Shown here: one piece after another, positions 18,190 to 26,800 of the stretch
Layout of the letters: each line of letters starts with the position of its first letter
How positions within the stretch are numbered: the first letter of the stretch is position 1
Assembly: GCA_965230945.1 (NCBI GenBank)
Contig: OZ246397.1
Coordinates: 539,925-603,924, forward strand
DNA length: 64,000 nucleotides
Direction: 5' to 3'
From: an uncultured Gammaproteobacteria bacterium
GTDB taxonomy: Bacteria; Patescibacteriota; Microgenomatia; PFEM01; JAPLYW01
Made by a program: the position numbers and the translations under genes
The notes under the pieces: generated by a model
Database searches by the model: none
What the model saw: the letters and a program-made list of their open reading frames with translations, nothing else
What the model was told of the DNA's origin: nothing

Positions 18190-18819
18190 ATGTCTAAAAA
18201 AATTAAAGTTTTTCTGTCCTTAATATCCTTAGTTTCTGTCGTTGCAACTGTGGGGATATTTTTTGATTTTGGTTTTAAAAAATTATTCTTAAAATCAAAA
18301 ATTTTTCCGTCCGAAAATAAAAAAACGGTTATTTCAAATATAACCCCAACCCCTTCTCCCGTCTTGGAATTTGTAGAATTACTTCATCTCCCTGAAGGTG
18401 CTTTAGATTTAACTTTACCTGTTGAAAGAAGTTATTTCGAAGCCATGAAAGAAAATACTCCAAAATATCCTGATGCTATTTCATTTAATCTTAATGAAAA
18501 TGAGGAAGTTAAAGCTATTTTTGATGGAAAAGTTGTGAGTGTTCAATATGTTGATAAGGAAACTATTGGGGATCAACCTAATGATTTTCTTACAATTTGG
18601 ATTGAAAGCAGAGATGAAATGCTAGTAGCTAGTTATCTTGTTGCAGGAGAATTTTTATTAAAAGAAAATGAGGAAATAAGATCCGGAGAAAGCTTAGCTA
18701 GAATTGGGAAAGGGATTGTTCCCTTTAGCAATGATGCTAATTTTAGTTTAACTATTATGAAATTGGAAGATGATGAATATAAAACAATAGCTTTAGATAA
18801 AGGAATGTTTTTACGATGA
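18190..18819 (+). CDS. hypothetical secreted protein
   Basis: N-terminal signal/TM; stop overlaps the start of the next gene (ATGA). Confidence 0.45.
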   Translation: MSKKIKVFLSLISLVSVVATVGIFFDFGFKKLFLKSKIFPSENKKTVISNITPTPSPVLEFVELLHLPEGALDLTLPVERSYFEAMKENTPKYPDAISFNLNENEEVKAIFDGKVVSVQYVDKETIGDQPNDFLTIWIESRDEMLVASYLVAGEFLLKENEEIRSGESLARIGKGIVPFSNDANFSLTIMKLEDDEYKTIALDKGMFLR

Positions 18820-20708
18820 GAAAAATGAAATTAATAAAAGTTAATTTTTTATTTAGGGTTTTATTAATAATTCTTTCTTTCTTTGCCTTCCTTTTTATCT
18901 TTAGGTCTTCAGCTTTAGCAGCTTTGTGGCCTTGCGTAGATTGCTACGATTGCAGCAGATGTGCTGCTTCATGTGGTAATGCTGGGACTGGGTCTTGGGT
19001 TTATGAGGGTTGTGGCAGGAATCGCTGCCCTCCAACTCAAACTTATCGATGGAGAAACATTCTTACCTGTTACTGTGGTAGATATCGTATTTGTAGAGTT
19101 GAAGATGGGTGTGTGAATAGTCCGAGCTGCGTGCCAGCTTGTTCTAATACATCTGACTGTGGTCATACATGTGCAGCTAATGGTTGTGATGCTTGTGCCT
19201 GTGATGGTGATTCTCGAAGTAGTTCCTATAACTGGACTTCTTTAGGTTGTTCAAGAGATTGTAGAACCTGTTATTGCGGTAGAATTAGATGTAGCTGTAC
19301 TGGATGGTCAAATAGATCCTGTGGAGGAGGAAGTTGTTCTTCTACCAAAATGCTCCAAACAAGGACGTGTACGCCTTCCGGTTGTAGCTCTACTTCAAGA
19401 TGTGTGAGTACTTCTGCTTGTCAGTGTAGCTGCTCTGGATGGTCAAATGGATCCTGTGGAGGAGGAAGTTGTTCATCATTGCAGAGACTTCAGACTCGTA
19501 CTTGTACGCCTTCTGGCTGTAGTTCTACTTCTAGGTGTGTTGGCGACTCTAGTTGTTGTCAGTGTACTAGTTGGGTAAATGGTGCTTGTGGTCCAGATGG
19601 GAGTTGTGCGGTAGGACAACGCAGGCAGACAAGAACTTGTAGCCCTTCTGGTTGCAGTTCTACTTCTCGGTGTGTGATTGATGCTAGTTGTAATGCGTCA
19701 TGCACTATTAATTTATCCCCCATATCTCTGACTTTAAGTACAGGAAGATCTGATCTAATCACTGCTGAGGTAAGTGTGGAGAATGCAACCGTGGATAGAG
19801 TAGATTTTTCCTCTAATAATCCTAGTGTAGCTTCCGTTGATCCTTCTAGTGACTCAGGTTCTCCTTATCGTACTCAAGCAACAGGTGTAGATGTTGGAGA
19901 AGCGGAGGTAAGTGCTCAGGCTATTTTGAATCCCTCTGGCTCATGTAATACGAGTACACCTACCAGTATAACGGTAGAATTCGGTGGCTGGTTCCAAACC
20001 CAAGGTGGTACCATTCATGCAGAAGGTAATCTGTCTAATAAAATTCCTTCCACAGCCAGCGATAGGAACTTATCTATGGCTGTAGGTGGTTTTCCAGGAG
20101 TTATCTCTCATCAATCAGCAATAGAGGCTAATTTTGGTGAAGGTTATCCTTCCAATGATGATCCTAATCATTGGCTAGCCAAATCTTCCTACCAAGGCAA
20201 GAACTTTGGTTCTTGGGGGTTCTTTGTTAAGAAATACAGTACCAGGATGACAGAGAACTTTGATGGCACCCTTCCAAACAAAGACGGTATTTATTATTCC
20301 GGATCAGGCAAAACACTACAGGGAAACTGGAAATTGCCTGCTAACCGCTGGTTGATAATTATGGTTGAAGGCAATATTAACATTCCTGTAGACATTACTG
20401 TTCCAGACACCAGTTTTTTAGCTTTGGTAAGCGCCAATGATATTATCTTTGAAAGCTCTGTTTCCCAAGCCCAAGGCATGTTTATAGCTGATGGAAGTAT
20501 AGACACCAATACCGGTTCAACCCAGTTTCAAGCTGAAGGCTTCTTTGCTGCTTCCCAGTTTATCCTAAGCAGGGACCTAGAAGATAACAACCCAACCACA
20601 CCTGCAGAATTATTTACTTTCAGACCAGACTTTCTTATCAATTCCTATAAAGATGCTGATAATAATCTTTGGTGGTTTGATTTTAAATGGGAGGAAATAG
20701 CCCCATAA
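18816..20708 (+). CDS. Secreted cysteine-rich surface protein with three tandem thrombospondin-type-1-like repeats, followed by a bacterial Ig-like region and a C-terminal beta-rich domain
   Basis: Signal peptide; repeats C(S/T)GWSNxSCGGGSCSSxxxLQTRTCTPSGCSSTSRCV, which resemble the TSR consensus W-x-x-W-x-x-C-x-x-x-CGxG-x-x-x-R-x-R-x-C; more than 70 Cys in the N-terminal 290 aa. Confidence 0.6.
   Translation: MRKMKLIKVNFLFRVLLIILSFFAFLFIFRSSALAALWPCVDCYDCSRCAASCGNAGTGSWVYEGCGRNRCPPTQTYRWRNILTCYCGRYRICRVEDGCVNSPSCVPACSNTSDCGHTCAANGCDACACDGDSRSSSYNWTSLGCSRDCRTCYCGRIRCSCTGWSNRSCGGGSCSSTKMLQTRTCTPSGCSSTSRCVSTSACQCSCSGWSNGSCGGGSCSSLQRLQTRTCTPSGCSSTSRCVGDSSCCQCTSWVNGACGPDGSCAVGQRRQTRTCSPSGCSSTSRCVIDASCNASCTINLSPISLTLSTGRSDLITAEVSVENATVDRVDFSSNNPSVASVDPSSDSGSPYRTQATGVDVGEAEVSAQAILNPSGSCNTSTPTSITVEFGGWFQTQGGTIHAEGNLSNKIPSTASDRNLSMAVGGFPGVISHQSAIEANFGEGYPSNDDPNHWLAKSSYQGKNFGSWGFFVKKYSTRMTENFDGTLPNKDGIYYSGSGKTLQGNWKLPANRWLIIMVEGNINIPVDITVPDTSFLALVSANDIIFESSVSQAQGMFIADGSIDTNTGSTQFQAEGFFAASQFILSRDLEDNNPTTPAELFTFRPDFLINSYKDADNNLWWFDFKWEEIAP
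19290..19695 (+). repeat. three diverged tandem repeat units of about 135 nt inside the CDS, encoding the TSP1-like modules
   Basis: Units start at about 19290, 19425 and 19563, e.g. tggatggtcaaatagatcctgtggaggaggaagttgttc against tggatggtcaaatggatcctgtggaggaggaagttgttc. Confidence 0.7.
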
Positions 20709-20845
20709 AAAACCATCTGCGGTAAAGAATCTAAGTTCTAGAAGAGGGCAAAGCTAATCAACTAGTTTTTTCTAAAAGATTCTTGCTCTTTTTATAATAT
20801 TTTCTCCTAAAAGTTAAATCTATAGTTGAGTCTTTAATATTTTTC

Positions 20846-20906
20846 TGCTAAAATATACTCATTACACACATCGGTTGTTGTTTTTCTGATAAGCTTCTGA
20901 CCGATG
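20846..20906 (+). promoter_or_regulatory. rpsB promoter (TGcTAAAATATACT) and 5' UTR hairpin CATCGGT(20869-20875)/ACCGATG(20900-20906)
   Basis: Extended -10-like TGn plus an AT-rich hexamer; 7-bp stem with a 24-nt loop ending 25 nt before the rpsB ATG. Confidence 0.3.
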
Positions 20907-20931
20907 GCGGAATAAGAAAAACATTGTTTTT

Positions 20932-21648
20932 ATGTCTAAATTGAAGATTGAACTGAAAGATTTGCTTGATGCGGGTGCTCATTTTGGGCATCAGTCGCAT
21001 CGTTGGCATCCTCAGATGGCTCCTTATCTTTATGGAGCTCGTGATGGTATTCATATCTTTGATTTAGTTAAGACTAAAGAAGGATTAGAAAGAGCCATTG
21101 AATTTGTAAAGAAGACTGTTTCTGAAGGTGGCAAGATTATTTTTGTAGGTACCAAACGTCAAGCTCAAGCAATTATTAAAGAAGAAGCCTTAAAGGCTAA
21201 AATGCCTTTTATCACTGAGAGATGGATGGGTGGTATCATTACTAATTGGGATCATATCAAGTTGTCTGTGGAAAAATTAAAAGACTTAAAAGAAAAGAAA
21301 GAAGCAGGAGAGTTTGAAAAGTACACTAAAAAAGAAAATATTTTAATTGATCGAGAAGTTGCTAGGTTGGAGAGATTTTTCGGCGGCTTGGTTGATTTAG
21401 AAGAATTACCAGCAGCTATCTTTGTTATTGATGTTAAGAAAGAAAAAGCAGCTGTTAAGGAGGCTTCTATGAAAGAGATTCCGGTAATAGCCGTGGTTGA
21501 TTCTAATTCTGACCCTAATTTAATAGATTATGTAATTCCGGCTAATGATGATGCCATTGGTTCAATTAAGCTTATTTCTGAGATGATTGGTCTAGCTGCT
21601 CAAGAGGGTAGAGAAATTTTTGATAAGAAAAAAGTTGATAAAAAATAA
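20932..21648 (+). CDS. rpsB: 30S ribosomal protein S2
   Basis: LLDAGAHFGHQSHRWHPQMAPY..., 238 aa. Confidence 0.9.
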   Translation: MSKLKIELKDLLDAGAHFGHQSHRWHPQMAPYLYGARDGIHIFDLVKTKEGLERAIEFVKKTVSEGGKIIFVGTKRQAQAIIKEEALKAKMPFITERWMGGIITNWDHIKLSVEKLKDLKEKKEAGEFEKYTKKENILIDREVARLERFFGGLVDLEELPAAIFVIDVKKEKAAVKEASMKEIPVIAVVDSNSDPNLIDYVIPANDDAIGSIKLISEMIGLAAQEGREIFDKKKVDKK

Positions 21649-21650
21649 TT

Positions 21651-22133
21651 ATGAAGATTACCTTAGAACAAGTTAAAAAATTAAGAGCTAAAACCAGAGT
21701 TGGTATTATGGATTGCCGTCAAGCTTTAGAAGAATGTGGGGGTGATTTTATTAAGGCCGAGAAATGGCTTAAGGAAAAAGGTTTTAAAGCAAGTAAGAAA
21801 AGAGAAAGTAGAGAAACTTCTCAAGGTATGATTGAAGTTTACAGTCATAGTGATGGCAAGATTGTTGGTATGGTTGAGCTTTTATGTGAGACTGATTTTG
21901 TTTGCCGCAACAAAGAGTTTAAAAAACTGGCTCATGAATTGGCTATGCAGGTAGTTGCCATGAATCCTAAGGATAAAAAAGAACTCTTAAAACAGCCTTG
22001 GATTAGAGATGAATCGCAGACAATTGAAGAGCTGCTTAATAGTTTGATTGCCAAAACCGGAGAAAATGTTAAAATTGGGAGAATAGCTAGGTTTGAACTT
22101 GGGGAAGAACAAAAGAGGGAAAAAGCAAAATAA
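21651..22133 (+). CDS. tsf: Elongation factor Ts (short, 160 aa)
   Basis: N-terminal UBA-like LRAKTRVGIMDCRQALEE; lies between rpsB and frr. Confidence 0.8.
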   Translation: MKITLEQVKKLRAKTRVGIMDCRQALEECGGDFIKAEKWLKEKGFKASKKRESRETSQGMIEVYSHSDGKIVGMVELLCETDFVCRNKEFKKLAHELAMQVVAMNPKDKKELLKQPWIRDESQTIEELLNSLIAKTGENVKIGRIARFELGEEQKREKAK

Positions 22134-22138
22134 TCTTT

Positions 22139-22690
22139 ATGGAATTGACAGAAGTTGGCGATAAAATGGACAGAGTCATTGAGTTTTTTGTCGATGACCT
22201 GCGTTCCCTGCGGGCCGGTCGGGCCAGTCCCTCTTTGATTGAAAAGATTGTGGTTGAAGCTTATGATTCTAAGATGCCTCTAGTGGAATTGGCCACCATT
22301 GTTTCTTCAGATGCCAATCAGCTGACAATTACCCCCTTTGATCAAACAATTATTAGGAATATTGAAAGAGCTTTAAGTATGGATAGAAATTTAGGTTTGA
22401 TTGTTAGGCCTGAAGAGAGTGCTATTAGGGTTGAATTTCCGCCTTTAACAGAAGAAAGAAGGCAAGAATTTAGCAAGCTTTTAAGGCAAAAGGTTGAATC
22501 AGCCAGGGTTATGATCAGACAGATTCGTCATGAGAAGATTACCGAGATAAAAAAAGCTTTTGAAAACAAAGAGATTGACGAAAACAGCAAGTTTAATCAA
22601 GAAAAAGAACTGCAAAAATTGACCGATGAGTTTAATAAGAAAATTGAAGAAATTGGTCAGCAAAAAGAGAAAGAATTGCTTTCAATTTAG
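22139..22690 (+). CDS. frr: Ribosome recycling factor
   Basis: 183 aa RRF signature (DDLRSLRAGRASPSLIEKIVVEAY...). Confidence 0.85.
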   Translation: MELTEVGDKMDRVIEFFVDDLRSLRAGRASPSLIEKIVVEAYDSKMPLVELATIVSSDANQLTITPFDQTIIRNIERALSMDRNLGLIVRPEESAIRVEFPPLTEERRQEFSKLLRQKVESARVMIRQIRHEKITEIKKAFENKEIDENSKFNQEKELQKLTDEFNKKIEEIGQQKEKELLSI

Positions 22691-22718
22691 TCTACTTTTT
22701 ATTAGTTATTAATTTTGT

Positions 22719-23894
22719 ATGTGGTTAACCTTAATCACTTTTTTAATCGTTTTTTCCGTTATTATCTTAGTCCATGAGCTAGGTCATTTTTGGATAGCCA
22801 GAAAAGCCGGTATTAAGGTAGAGGAGTTTGGTTTTGGTTTTCCCCCTCGGCTTACGGGAAAAAAGATTGGTAAAACCTTTTTTTCCTTAAACTGGTTGCC
22901 TTTTGGAGGTTTTGTCAGGCTTTTTGGTGAGGAACTAGTCAAGGATTACAAAAAGAAAGGTAAGGATTACAAAGAGGCTTTTTGGTATAAATCCAAGCGG
23001 GCGAGAATAGCCGTTTTAGTGGCCGGTGTTTTAGCTAATTTTCTTTTGGCTATTGTTTGTTTTTCTATAGTTTATTCTATTTCCGGTATTCCCACTCAAA
23101 CTGATAGGGTAAATATAGTGGCTGTTTTACCTGATTCCCCAGCTGCAGAACTGGATTTAAAGGAAAATGATATTGTTTTGAGTGTTGATGAAGTGAAAGT
23201 TAATGACTTAAATCACTTTGTTGATTTAATTGATCAAAGAAAAGGTAAAGAAGTTAAGCTTTTGCTGGAAAGAAAAAAGGACAACCCTTGTTTAGAAGGA
23301 ATTTTAGATGATGAACAGAAATTTAGTTGTCAAGATAGCAACTTGCTTTTAGGAATAGAACCTCGAGAAAATCCGCCTGAGGGAGAGGGCTCTTTAGGGG
23401 TTCTTGTTTCTAATGTTGAAGTTAAAAAATATCCTCTGTGGCAGATGCCTTTTAGGGGAACAGTTGAAGGTTTTAAGGTAGCCTTTGCTTTGGTGGGCTT
23501 AATTGTTTCTGGTTTAGGCAAGATGTTGCTTAATTTAGTTGCCCACGGTCAGGTGCCTACAGAAGTGGCTGGACCAGTAGGCATTATGCAAATGACTGGC
23601 ATGGTAGCCAAGTCGGGGATAATAGCTGTCTTACAATTTACAGGTTTGATTTCTGTTAACTTGGCTATTATAAATGTCTTGCCTTTCCCGGCTTTAGATG
23701 GGGGAAGATTGGTTTTTATTCTTTATGAAGCGGTGACTAAAAAAAGACCTAAACCTTCTTTTGAATCATGGACTAATGCCCTTGGTATGGCCTTTTTAAT
23801 AGCCCTTTTGGTTTTGGTAACCATCAACGATATAAAAAGACTAATGGTGACCACTAATATTCTACAAAAGATAAGGGCGATTTTGCCGTTTTAG
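22719..23894 (+). CDS. rseP: Site-2 protease RseP (M50 family) with a PDZ domain
   Basis: HELGHF zinc motif in TM1, PDZ in the middle, LDGG near the C-terminus. Confidence 0.8.
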   Translation: MWLTLITFLIVFSVIILVHELGHFWIARKAGIKVEEFGFGFPPRLTGKKIGKTFFSLNWLPFGGFVRLFGEELVKDYKKKGKDYKEAFWYKSKRARIAVLVAGVLANFLLAIVCFSIVYSISGIPTQTDRVNIVAVLPDSPAAELDLKENDIVLSVDEVKVNDLNHFVDLIDQRKGKEVKLLLERKKDNPCLEGILDDEQKFSCQDSNLLLGIEPRENPPEGEGSLGVLVSNVEVKKYPLWQMPFRGTVEGFKVAFALVGLIVSGLGKMLLNLVAHGQVPTEVAGPVGIMQMTGMVAKSGIIAVLQFTGLISVNLAIINVLPFPALDGGRLVFILYEAVTKKRPKPSFESWTNALGMAFLIALLVLVTINDIKRLMVTTNILQKIRAILPF

Positions 23895-24025
23895 ATTTTC
23901 TGCTATACTGAATTAGTCTATGCTTTATTCAAAACTTTTTGGAAAAACAATAAAGGCAGCTCCTAAAAAAGCAGAAGCTATTTCCCATCAGTATCTTGTT
24001 AAAGCTGATTTTATAATTAATTTAC

Positions 24026-24883
24026 TTGAAGTTTAAATTTTTTATGAAAAGAATTGTTATTCATATTAATCCAGATTTGGATGCTGTTGCTTCAGTTTGG
24101 CTTATCAAAAGATTTTTGCCTCGTTGGGAAAAAGCAGAAATAGGTTTCTGTCAGGCAGAAACAACTTTTGATGGGAAGCCAGTAGATAGTGATCCTGATA
24201 TTTTACATCTTGATGTTGGTTTAGGTAAACTTGATCATCATCAAACTGATTGTTTTACTTCGGCAGTTAAACTCACTTTAGATTTCATCTTAGAAAAAAG
24301 AAAAGGACAAGAGTTGAGCCCTTTAGATTTAGAGGCTTTAGAGCTCATGGTAGAAACGATTAATGAAATTGATAATGCGCGAGATTTGAATTGGCCGGAA
24401 GTTAAAAAAGAGCGTTATGATTTTTATCTCCATTCTATTTTAAGTGGTTTAAGAAGAATGGGGAAAACTGATATTGAACTAGTTGAATACGGTTTTTTAG
24501 GGCTAAATGCTGTTTTTAAGAATCTTAAAGCAGGGATAAAAGCCAAAGAAGAAATAAAAAAGGGGATTGAATTTCAGACTCCTTGGGGAAAGGCAATTGC
24601 CTTGGAGACCGGTAATGAATTATTTTTATGGGAAAGTGAAAAAGCTGGTTATTATTTAGTGGTTAAAAAGGATCCTGACGATGGTGATGTTAGAATTTAT
24701 GCTCGTTATGATAGTGATGTTGATTTGAAAAATGTTTATCAAAAATTTAAAGAGATGGATAAAGAATCTGATTGGTTTTTACACGCTTCCGGTAAGTTGT
24801 TATTAAATGGATCTCGGGTTAAAAAGATGAAACCAACAAAGTTAAGTTTAGAGCAAGTAATTGGGGTGTTGAAAAATGGTTGA
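24026..24883 (+). CDS. DHH-family phosphoesterase (NrnA-like nanoRNase/pAp phosphatase)
   Basis: IHINPDLDAVAS (motif I) and GKLDHHQTD (DHH motif). The likely ATG is at 24044; the track start at 24026 is a TTG. Confidence 0.6.
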   Translation: MKFKFFMKRIVIHINPDLDAVASVWLIKRFLPRWEKAEIGFCQAETTFDGKPVDSDPDILHLDVGLGKLDHHQTDCFTSAVKLTLDFILEKRKGQELSPLDLEALELMVETINEIDNARDLNWPEVKKERYDFYLHSILSGLRRMGKTDIELVEYGFLGLNAVFKNLKAGIKAKEEIKKGIEFQTPWGKAIALETGNELFLWESEKAGYYLVVKKDPDDGDVRIYARYDSDVDLKNVYQKFKEMDKESDWFLHASGKLLLNGSRVKKMKPTKLSLEQVIGVLKNG

Positions 24884-25199
24884 TTGTATTTTTTGTCAAA
24901 TTGCTCAAAAAAAGATACCAGCAGAGATTGTTTATGAAGATAAAAAGATCATTGCTTTTAATGATGTTAACCCTAAAGCACCTGTCCATATCTTAATTAT
25001 TCCTAAGAAACATATTAAAGATTTTATTAGTTCTGGAAAATTCTTTCCTAAGATTTTAAAAGTTGCTAAAGACTTAATTAAAAAGTATAATTTAGATAGG
25101 AATGGTTATAGATTAGTAGTCAATGGCAGGAGTGCAGCGCTTGTCGATCATTTACATTTACATCTTTTAGGAAAAATAACTGTTGATAGGAATGTTTAG
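24876..25199 (+). CDS. HIT-family (histidine triad) nucleotide hydrolase
   Basis: 107 aa; CIFCQI N-terminus; HLHLHLLG histidine triad at the C-terminus. Confidence 0.8.
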   Translation: MVDCIFCQIAQKKIPAEIVYEDKKIIAFNDVNPKAPVHILIIPKKHIKDFISSGKFFPKILKVAKDLIKKYNLDRNGYRLVVNGRSAALVDHLHLHLLGKITVDRNV

Positions 25200-25236
25200 G
25201 GGAAGTTATTCTAATAGGGTAAATTATTTTTAAGTA

Positions 25237-25307
25237 CGGGGCGTAGCTCAAAATAGAGCAGCGTACTTGGTGTACGATGTATAGTGGTTTAAATCCATTC
25301 GCCCCGA
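25237..25307 (+). tRNA. tRNA-Pro(UGG)-like element with atypical D- and T-loops, 36 nt upstream of the proS start; either a divergent tRNA or a tRNA-mimic operator
   Basis: Hand-folded cloverleaf. Acceptor CGGGGCG/CGCCCCG is 7/7 Watson-Crick. U8 A9. D-stem GCTC/GAGC with a 6-nt D-loop AAAATA (no G18G19). Anticodon stem GCGTA/TACGA. Loop CUUGGUG (U33, anticodon UGG, U at position 37). T-stem AGTGG/CCATT with loop TTTAAAT (no C56). Discriminator A; no encoded CCA. Confidence 0.45.
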
Positions 25308-25343
25308 CAAATTTAAAGAGATTAAGAAATAATATGATTTTCT

Positions 25344-26792
25344 ATGAATGAAAAAGAGAAGGTTAATTTTTCTTCTAAAGAATTAGGAGTTAAGGTGGAA
25401 TCAGATAAAATTTCTGAGTGGTATAATAAAATAATTAAAGAGGCTGATTTGATTGATCAAGGCCCAGCTAAAGGGACGATGGTTTTTCGTCCTTATGGTT
25501 ATGCTCTTTGGAAAGGAGTTCAAAAGAGTCTTGGGTTTAAAATAGAAAAGAATGGGGTTGAAGATGCTTATTTTCCTGCTATAATTCCAGAAAAACTTCT
25601 AGTTAAAGAAAAAGATCATATTGAAGGTTTTTCTCCGGAATTTTTACGTGTTCGAGGTAGAAGTGGAGAAATTGGAGTATTGAGGCCAACTTCCGAAGCT
25701 GTAATGTATCCATTATTTAAGAAGTGGATTCAATCTTACAGAGATTTACCCCTTAAAGTAAACCAGTGGTGTAATGTTTTTAGAGATGAGTTAAGAACGT
25801 ATGCTTTAATACGCACTTCTGAATTTCTTTGGCAGGAGGGTCATTGCGTGTATGCTTCAGCAAAGGAAAACGAAGAAGCAGTGATGGATTTTTTAAATAT
25901 GTATAAGAATTTTTTTCGTAATACTCTTGCTGTATCTCCTATTTTTGGGAAAAAAAGCGAAAAGGAAAAATTTGCAGGAGCTTTATATACTACAACTGGC
26001 GAAGCAGTTTTACCAGGAGGGAAAGCTCTTCAAGTTTGTACTTCTCATAATTTAGGGACAAATTTTGCAGAAGCCTTTGATATACAATTTTTAGGTAAAG
26101 ATGGCAAACAACATCACCCATATCAGACAAGTTGGGGTTTAAGCTGGCGGGTTATTGCCGCGATGATTATGAGTCACGGTGATAAAAAAGGGCTTATTTT
26201 TCCACCAGAAATGGCCCCTACGCAAGTAATAATTATACCTATTAAAGGTTCATCTGATGAAGTAGTTATGGAAGCAGCAAAATCTATAAAAGAAAGATTG
26301 TCTGATTTGAGAGTTGATATAGATAAGTCAGATGCAAGGCCAGGAGCTCGTTATAATTATTATGAACTTAGAGGAGTACCTTTAAGGATTGAAATTGGCG
26401 CCCGTGATATTCATAATAATCAGATAATAGTTGCAAATCGATTAACTGGTGATAAAAAAGCTCTGCCTTTAGGTGGTCAGCTTAGAAAAGGCATACAGTT
26501 GTCATTAACATCAATACAAGAGTCTTTATTAAAGAAATCTGAAAGTTTAGTTAAAGAAAGTACCAAAGATGTAAAGACATGGGAAGAATTTAAAGAGATT
26601 CTTAATAAAAATGGAGGTTTTCTGAGAACTTATCACTGTGGAAATAGAGATTGTGAACAACAAATTCAGGATGAAACAAAAGCAACATTAAGATGTATCC
26701 CTTTCGGTTATGAAAAATCAGAGGGAAAATGTGTTAGATGCGGAAAACCATCTAATTATGGTCAAAAAGTACTTTTTGCTAAGGCCTATTAG
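25344..26792 (+). CDS. proS: Prolyl-tRNA synthetase, archaeal/eukaryal-type (class IIa) with a C-terminal zinc-binding domain
   Basis: Motif 1 region FRPYGYALW, motif 2 FRDELRTYALIRTSEF, motif 3 GLSWRVIAAMIMSHGDKKG, anticodon-binding domain, C-terminal CGNRDC...CVRCGK. Confidence 0.85.
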   Translation: MNEKEKVNFSSKELGVKVESDKISEWYNKIIKEADLIDQGPAKGTMVFRPYGYALWKGVQKSLGFKIEKNGVEDAYFPAIIPEKLLVKEKDHIEGFSPEFLRVRGRSGEIGVLRPTSEAVMYPLFKKWIQSYRDLPLKVNQWCNVFRDELRTYALIRTSEFLWQEGHCVYASAKENEEAVMDFLNMYKNFFRNTLAVSPIFGKKSEKEKFAGALYTTTGEAVLPGGKALQVCTSHNLGTNFAEAFDIQFLGKDGKQHHPYQTSWGLSWRVIAAMIMSHGDKKGLIFPPEMAPTQVIIIPIKGSSDEVVMEAAKSIKERLSDLRVDIDKSDARPGARYNYYELRGVPLRIEIGARDIHNNQIIVANRLTGDKKALPLGGQLRKGIQLSLTSIQESLLKKSESLVKESTKDVKTWEEFKEILNKNGGFLRTYHCGNRDCEQQIQDETKATLRCIPFGYEKSEGKCVRCGKPSNYGQKVLFAKAY

Positions 26793-26800
26793 TATTTTCT

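Noticed and set aside
23920-24025. 38-codon ORF (MLYSKLFGKTIKAAPKKAEAISHQYLVKADFIINLLEV) between rseP and the DHH gene
   Set aside because: It has no SD or conserved motif and lies in the probable 5' UTR of the DHH gene, so I did not call it a feature.
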